Positions 58,560-64,000 of a stretch of DNA of 64,000 nucleotides are shown in pieces. Position 1 is the stretch's first letter. Each line of letters begins with the position of its first letter. The notes beneath the pieces are model-generated. The model was not told the DNA's origin. It saw only the letters and a program-made list of their open reading frames with translations, and did no database searches. The DNA is taken from the NCBI GenBank assembly GCA_016780385.1, contig JADHLY010000001.1, positions 37,498 to 101,497 of the forward strand, read 5' to 3'. The position numbers were made by a program, and so were the translations under genes. Source of the stretch: Flavobacteriales bacterium. GTDB lineage: Bacteria; Bacteroidota; Bacteroidia; Flavobacteriales_D; Sanyastnellaceae.

Positions 58560-61500
58560 TTAGCAGTCGGTACCGAAAGCACCCAAGAAGATCAACAGGT
58601 CAGACGTGGTCGTCTGTCCGTCGCCGTTCAAGTCCGTTGGACAAGGGTTCGCTGTATCGAAAATACATGAACCATCATCGTTGGTTGGCAACATGTCTTC
58701 TGGGATAACCGTACCATCATCATACACTCCGTAGTTGGAAGCGTCTGGGTAGGTACAACCCATGATCACTGCTGTGAAGTCACAGAGGTCATCGTTGACA
58801 ATGTCAACACTGTCTGGATCCACGTAGTTCGGAGCGAATGGCAAGCCACATCCCTCAGTACAAGGGGTTCCGAGACCTACTTGGTAGGTGCCAGGACCAC
58901 CAGCGGTGTTGTTGAAGGCGTTGCCTGAGATGGTCCAGCTCACCTCTGAAGGGAAGGAACCACCGGTCACGACCAATGTGACACATCCTGAAGCATCGAT
59001 ACAAATCTCATCTGAGTCAGCATCTCCGTTGCCTTCTGTAGAGAGCAAGCCACCCTCAGCGAGGAGGTTGCCATCGGCATCGTAGAAGCTGTAGGTAGCA
59101 CCGTTCCATCCGTCGCCGAAGCTATCGAACATGTTGAAGGTGATGAACGAACCGAAGCAGCAGGAACCGTCATCCAATGAAGCGAATGGGTTGTAGTTCA
59201 CAGCATCAGGGTTGGTACAACCGAGGCAGCTGTAGTCACAGAGCGTGTTGTCTGCGAAGTCAACTGGACCGTTGTAGTTACAAGCTGTTGAGTCAGCACA
59301 ACCCGTGCTTGGTGCTGGAGCACAAGTGATCGCCAAGCTAATGAAGTAGCCCGTCGTGCTTGTGACACAGCTCACTGAACCGTCAGAAGTGAAGCTCACA
59401 GTCAATGAGTCCGTACCGATTACGAGGCCGTCGTCAGGATCAACATCGCTGTTGTACAGGTTGGCACCCGTAGCCGCGTCGTCGATGACGAGCTCGTCCC
59501 AGCCCTGCTCGATGAGCGTACCGGCAAGGTCGACAACGATCGTACCACCGTTCGGGTTGACCAACGTGAAGCTCCAGCTCTCGTTCAAACCGTAGCAGTA
59601 ATCCCAGGTCTCGGTATCGCAGTCCAAGCAGCTCGTGTAGTCGCAAGGATCGTTGACATCGTCAACGTTTGCTTCTGAGTTGTAGTTACAAGCCAATTCA
59701 TCCTGACAACCGTACACAACAGGCTCGCAAGAAACGCTCAATTCGAACGGTCCACCAATTGAACCTGAACCTGCACTCACCAAGATGGCGTAGGTGTTGG
59801 CATTGTCGTCGCTGATGAACTGGAAGGTCTCACCGTTTTCACAGCTCTCGTCGCTGATCAAGGTGTTGTCACCCTCGTTCCAGCAGAGGAGGCTGCCACA
59901 AGTGCCCGTTCCACCGAAGATGGTGAAGGACTGCTCAACAGTTGCTCCAGCAGGGAAGTTGAATGGGCTGGCATCCAACGTGAAATCAAAGCTGGTAGAA
60001 GAACCAGTAACATCACCAGCGGTCACCAAAGCGGTGCCATCAACGGTTGTGAGGTTCACATCGTCTGAACCGGTAGTGCCGATTCCATCACCGAAGCTGT
60101 CCGCAACGACCAACGTGTAGCTACCAGCTGGCAAGCAGAGGGTCTCTGTGTTCGTCGTGTTGGAGAAGGAAGGAGCACCGCTGGCCACAACCGATCCGTT
60201 CGCGTTCGTGATTGTCCAAGAGGTCTCCGAAACAAATGAGTCCGTATTGATGCTCAAGTCAAAGCAAACCTGAGGATCAGTGGTACATCCGCCTGAGCAG
60301 AGGAGGTCCTGTGAGGAACCATCGGAAGAGATCACCTGAGCGGCGATGCCGTCGAGCTCTGAACCCTCATTGGTGAAGTACACAGTGTAATCACCTCCAG
60401 ACAAGCTGTAGTAGAAGTCATTGAACAGTGTGGGGAACAATTCACCCGCTGGAATGGATGCAACCGTGTCACCGTTGTACACAATCACTGCGCTGATGTT
60501 CTGGTAGTTGTCAGCATTCAAGCTGTTCACCTCCAACGTAGCGTCGGGAGCATCCACCTCCTGGAACACCTCCAGTGTGCTGTTCACCGTAGATCCGCAA
60601 GTGCTGATGGTAACCAGCTGCTCCACACCACCGTTATCCAAGGTGTACCAAACTCCGCTACCGGAACCTCCACAAGCGTTCGTTCCACCGACGGCGGTTG
60701 CACCACCGGTATTACCCATTTCAGTTCCACCACATGCAATGGCAATGGCATTGCTGCAGCTGTCATTGGGCTGGGTCACGCCAACATACAGGCAACCTGC
60801 GTTAATCGTAGCCTGATCGTTGTAGTTAGAAGCAGTGGGGTCAGTACAACCCTGAATCTCCGCAGAGAGGCTTACACTGTAGGTACCGCAATCTTCAGTC
60901 TGCGTTGTCCAAATGAACAGGTAGTATGTGTTGTCATAGTTCGGAGATGAAATGCTCACGGTAGCGGGACCTTCTTGCTCCGCAGCGAAGTACTGGTTCA
61001 TCTCTTCCTGTACAGCACCTGAAACAACACCTGAAACCATGTCAGCCAAGTCGTCGCATGCACCATTGTAGGTAGCGTAACCAACAGCTCCGTCACCTGT
61101 AGCATCCACAGTGATGTTGTACAGGTTGTAAGGCGCTTCAGTAGAAACCTCATACCATACACCATATGCAGTAGCGAAAGTGCTCAAGCTGGGCATACCA
61201 AAGTCCTCATCTGGACCAGAGCAGCAGAGGCTACCATCATAGTTACCACCGTCAACCAATGGCAAAGCCAAGGTGCAGACATCATCATTGTTCGGGAATC
61301 CATCGGGACATACTGCACAGTTAGCTTCGATCACAATGCCTGTTTGGCTGGAGAAGCTGCTGTAGTGACCAACACGCACGAGGTAGTTGTCACCCTGCTC
61401 AGCGTTGATGCTCACGATGGAGTTGAATGAACCCGTTGTTCCTGAACCACAACCTGCAATACCAGAGTCATCATTCGTAGCAATGGCGGTCAATGAACCG

Positions 61501-63866
61501 TCCGTGCCCACAGCAAACACAATCACGTCAGTGTCGGTCACACCATTGTCGGCATCTGCAGAAGCACAGGTGTTAAAGGTCACTTGGTAATCCTGGTCAG
61601 CGTTGAACTCGTACCAAATGGCACCGCTTTCAGAAATCGCGTTACCCAATACAGTCGTACCGCTGTACTCGTCTCCATTGGAGTTGGCCAAAGAACCCGT
61701 CAGAATGAGTTCACAAGCGATGGCCTGTGCATCCTCTGGGTTGTCGTTGGCTGGCGGGAACTCACATGTTCCGTCATCAACAGAAGCAGAGATATTGTAG
61801 TTGTTTGCAGCTGGATCCGTACAACCTGGGAAGGCACAGTCAGTGACGCCAGTGCCACCAAATGCCACTGGATATCCATCCGTTGGACCATATGTGAGAT
61901 CAGCATAAACATTGCCCAAGTTATCGGCAAGGCCCCATCCTTCAGTAGTAAAGATGGCCCCGGTGCTAAACGTATAGCAACCGATATTCAAGCAGTTCAC
62001 CGCTTCAATCGTCGTTGATCCTGCTGCCATTGTGCCTGTCAGAACGGTGTCACCGGTCTCCTCACTCACCAAGTAGTAATCGTTTCCTGGGCTCCATCCT
62101 GAAGCAAAGTTGTCTTGCAGGGTCAAATAGAAACCGAGTTGACCATTGTCACACACCACACAAGAACCATCGTCGATGGTCGCGTCGGCGTTGTAGTTGA
62201 TGGCCGCTGGAAGCGTACATCCGCTCACACAGGTCTCAGTAGATGAGCCGAAGCCGATGTCATACACACCGAGGGTGCCTTCGTGAATCACGTTTCCACT
62301 GAAGTCCAAGATGTACCAGAGGGGCTGACCTGAAGGTGAACCACCTCCACCTGAGAAGTTCAAACAAGCATCGTTGGGAACACAGAACTCCCAGTATCCA
62401 TCAACAACAGTAGCCTCAAAGTCTGGGACGTAGAGGTCATTGTTGTAACCCGCTGACAAGAGCGTGTCACCTGTGACAGGGTCGTAGATGTAAGCAGCGT
62501 TGTTACCCCAGAACAAGAAAATGTCGTGGTTCAAGTAGAGGATGTAGCTCGTGCTGTCTGCATTGCCCAAGCAGCTTGGAGAGAAACAGGAGCCATCATC
62601 AGCTGTTGCAGTCTCGTCGTAGTTAAATGCGTTGGCATCCGTACATCCGCAGACCACATCACCAGCAGCAACACCAAATACTCCAAATCCGTCGTTGGCA
62701 GTGAAGTCATACAGAATCTCTCCTGTGTTGAAGTTCACCATCTGCCACTCCTTCTCACCGGGGAAAGAACCACCGGACACTTCGAAAACGTAGCACTCGG
62801 TAGAAGAGATGCAGAGGAAGTCATAACCTGCCGCACCTGGATCAGTAACAAACGTAGCGTCGTCCAAGGAACCCGTGCTCAAGATCTCTCCAGCCTGGTT
62901 TGACAAGGTGTAAGACGCACCGTCCCATCCATCTCCGAAGGTGTCGTACATCAGGAGCTGCACGAGAACATCATCTGGGTTGTCGCAGCTTGGGAAGACG
63001 CAGCTTCCATCGTCTACGGTGGCGTCACCGTCGAAGTTCAACGCCGTGACATCCGTACAGCCACACACCTCAGCCGTAGGACCGAAGTAGAAAGAAGCCG
63101 TTCCACCGTCCTCATCGCCAGCGATGATTGCACCTGTGTAGGCGCTTACAATGGTCCATCCGATTTCACCCAAGAAGCTTCCGCCTCCACTTACAACTTC
63201 GTAACAAGCGCCAGACGGAATACAAATGGTATCCTGACCAGCATTGGCACCTCCGGCGGTACCTCCAGTTCCAGTGACAGAATCGTCCAAGGTTCCAGAC
63301 GCAATCAACACGCCGTCGGCATAAATCTCGTAGGTGTTGCCGTTCCAGCCGTCACCCCAAGTGTCGGTCATGTTTACGAAGACCATCTCATCGTCAGAGG
63401 TCGCGCAGATGTCGAACAAGCATGAACCGTCGTTCAGGGTAGCTGTATCGTCGTAGTTCAACGCCGTCTCATCAGTACAACCTGGGACATCTGATGTCAG
63501 AGTGAACGCAAATTCAGATCCTGACCCCGCGACTACTCCAGAACATTGACCGGTACAGTTGAAGGCGCCTCCATCCACAGCCATCCCCGTTCCTCCGTCA
63601 CCGAAAGAGTCATCGATGGACACGGTGTAGTCTCCCGCTCCGTAAGTAGCGATGCTGTAGACGTTGACGTCATTCGGTCCATTGGGGAACAAAAGCGCTC
63701 CGTCCACGTTTAGAATCGTGTCCCCATTGAAGGTAACGATACAAGAAGTCACTTCATCGGGATAAAAGTCCGCTGTGAAAGTGATGGTCTGCGCCTGTAG
63801 CGACGCAAAGAGGGCCAAGGCAAACGTGCCAAGGGACCCTCGGAGAATGGTAGTTCTCAGGTTCAT
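58560..63866 (-). CDS. Giant (1,768 aa) cysteine-rich modular secreted protein, function unknown
   Basis: The ATG at 63866 gives MNLRTTILRGSLGTFALALFASLQAQ (signal peptide); the track start (TTG 63896) lies inside the candidate promoter. It contains 11 short C..A.NY..DDGSC modules, GDGW modules and PPC-like modules, and ends ...DLNGDGQTTTSDLLIFLGAFGTDC. No T9SS CTD. Confidence 0.9.
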   Translation of the reverse strand: MNLRTTILRGSLGTFALALFASLQAQTITFTADFYPDEVTSCIVTFNGDTILNVDGALLFPNGPNDVNVYSIATYGAGDYTVSIDDSFGDGGTGMAVDGGAFNCTGQCSGVVAGSGSEFAFTLTSDVPGCTDETALNYDDTATLNDGSCLFDICATSDDEMVFVNMTDTWGDGWNGNTYEIYADGVLIASGTLDDSVTGTGGTAGGANAGQDTICIPSGACYEVVSGGGSFLGEIGWTIVSAYTGAIIAGDEDGGTASFYFGPTAEVCGCTDVTALNFDGDATVDDGSCVFPSCDNPDDVLVQLLMYDTFGDGWDGASYTLSNQAGEILSTGSLDDATFVTDPGAAGYDFLCISSTECYVFEVSGGSFPGEKEWQMVNFNTGEILYDFTANDGFGVFGVAAGDVVCGCTDANAFNYDETATADDGSCFSPSCLGNADSTSYILYLNHDIFLFWGNNAAYIYDPVTGDTLLSAGYNNDLYVPDFEATVVDGYWEFCVPNDACLNFSGGGGSPSGQPLWYILDFSGNVIHEGTLGVYDIGFGSSTETCVSGCTLPAAINYNADATIDDGSCVVCDNGQLGFYLTLQDNFASGWSPGNDYYLVSEETGDTVLTGTMAAGSTTIEAVNCLNIGCYTFSTGAIFTTEGWGLADNLGNVYADLTYGPTDGYPVAFGGTGVTDCAFPGCTDPAANNYNISASVDDGTCEFPPANDNPEDAQAIACELILTGSLANSNGDEYSGTTVLGNAISESGAIWYEFNADQDYQVTFNTCASADADNGVTDTDVIVFAVGTDGSLTAIATNDDSGIAGCGSGTTGSFNSIVSINAEQGDNYLVRVGHYSSFSSQTGIVIEANCAVCPDGFPNNDDVCTLALPLVDGGNYDGSLCCSGPDEDFGMPSLSTFATAYGVWYEVSTEAPYNLYNITVDATGDGAVGYATYNGACDDLADMVSGVVSGAVQEEMNQYFAAEQEGPATVSISSPNYDNTYYLFIWTTQTEDCGTYSVSLSAEIQGCTDPTASNYNDQATINAGCLYVGVTQPNDSCSNAIAIACGGTEMGNTGGATAVGGTNACGGSGSGVWYTLDNGGVEQLVTISTCGSTVNSTLEVFQEVDAPDATLEVNSLNADNYQNISAVIVYNGDTVASIPAGELFPTLFNDFYYSLSGGDYTVYFTNEGSELDGIAAQVISSDGSSQDLLCSGGCTTDPQVCFDLSINTDSFVSETSWTITNANGSVVASGAPSFSNTTNTETLCLPAGSYTLVVADSFGDGIGTTGSDDVNLTTVDGTALVTAGDVTGSSTSFDFTLDASPFNFPAGATVEQSFTIFGGTGTCGSLLCWNEGDNTLISDESCENGETFQFISDDNANTYAILVSAGSGSIGGPFELSVSCEPVVYGCQDELACNYNSEANVDDVNDPCDYTSCLDCDTETWDYCYGLNESWSFTLVNPNGGTIVVDLAGTLIEQGWDELVIDDAATGANLYNSDVDPDDGLVIGTDSLTVSFTSDGSVSCVTSTTGYFISLAITCAPAPSTGCADSTACNYNGPVDFADNTLCDYSCLGCTNPDAVNYNPFASLDDGSCCFGSFITFNMFDSFGDGWNGATYSFYDADGNLLAEGGLLSTEGNGDADSDEICIDASGCVTLVVTGGSFPSEVSWTISGNAFNNTAGGPGTYQVGLGTPCTEGCGLPFAPNYVDPDSVDIVNDDLCDFTAVIMGCTYPDASNYGVYDDGTVIPEDMLPTNDDGSCIFDTANPCPTDLNGDGQTTTSDLLIFLGAFGTDC

Positions 63867-63892
63867 GATTAAGGTTTTTTCCAATTGCCGGA

Positions 63893-63921
63893 GCAATATA
63901 GAGGAAACCGCGCTGAATCAA
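63893..63921 (-). promoter_or_regulatory. Candidate Bacteroidota-type promoter (TTG-N18-TAtaTTGc) for the giant gene
   Basis: The minus strand reads cTTGattcagcgcggtttcctcTATATTGCtccgg, resembling the -33 TTG / -7 TAnnTTTG consensus. An A-rich leader (ggaaaaaaccttaatc) precedes the ATG. Confidence 0.3.
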
Positions 63922-64000
63922 GAAGAGAATGCGGGATGAAATCATGCCGGTTCCCGAAGATGCGGCGGGTCACAACTTGCAGGTCGTTGATTATCAAAGA

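Noticed and set aside
58560-63866. Lower GC of the giant gene (about 48-53% on spot-counted 60-nt lines versus about 63% in the dcw cluster) as evidence of horizontal transfer
   Set aside because: A spot count in gldM also gives about 53%. The giant protein's N/Y/T/S/D/I/F-rich composition forces AT-richer codons. There are no flanking tRNA, integrase, IS or direct repeats. A proper test would need whole-genome k-mer or codon-usage statistics.

Overview
A gene-dense, GC-rich chromosomal segment (spot counts: about 63% GC in the dcw genes, about 48-53% in gldM and the giant gene). It is clearly from a Bacteroidota genome. I call 52 CDS and find no tRNA/rRNA, CRISPR array, IS element, integrase or prophage remnant; almost all DNA is coding and many neighbours share 4-nt start/stop overlaps. 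Contents in order: (1) miaB, a sensor-less sigma-54 activator, an lptE-like gene, a TPR-like gene and secG (minus strand), then topA and an arginase-family gene. (2) A type IX secretion core operon, porP-like-gldK-gldL-gldM-gldN, ending in a clean terminator. (3) An ABC-F ATPase and an uncharacterised 3-gene envelope module ending in a PDZ-less trypsin-like lipoprotein. (4) rluD, a T9SS-CTD cargo protein, a PASTA protein, a small-type purL, DUF389, an HExxH membrane protein, and dtd-mazG fused to a 984-aa BNR/Asp-box protein. (5) nadE, an OMP, gldB-gldC, engB and a hydrolase. (6) A complete Bacteroidota-type dcw cluster, mraZ-rsmH-ftsL-ftsI-murE-mraY-murD-ftsW-murG-murC-ftsQ-ftsA-ftsZ (no murF/ddl), preceded by three GTGGG MraZ-type boxes. 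(7) yqeY, yceI and a tightly coupled 5-gene minus-strand operon (SDR, M28 peptidase, nitroreductase, two hypotheticals). (8) A monocistronic 1,768-aa cysteine-rich mosaic secreted protein. The giant protein is the most unusual item: it has 11 copies of a ~20-aa Cys-bracketed 'C-T-D-x2-A-x-N-Y...D-D-G-S-C' module, several GDGW modules, PPC-like modules, and a single dockerin/EF-hand-like C-terminal tail ending in Cys instead of a T9SS CTD. Otherwise this is mostly ordinary core genome. The many long antisense ORFs in the track are GC-driven artefacts.
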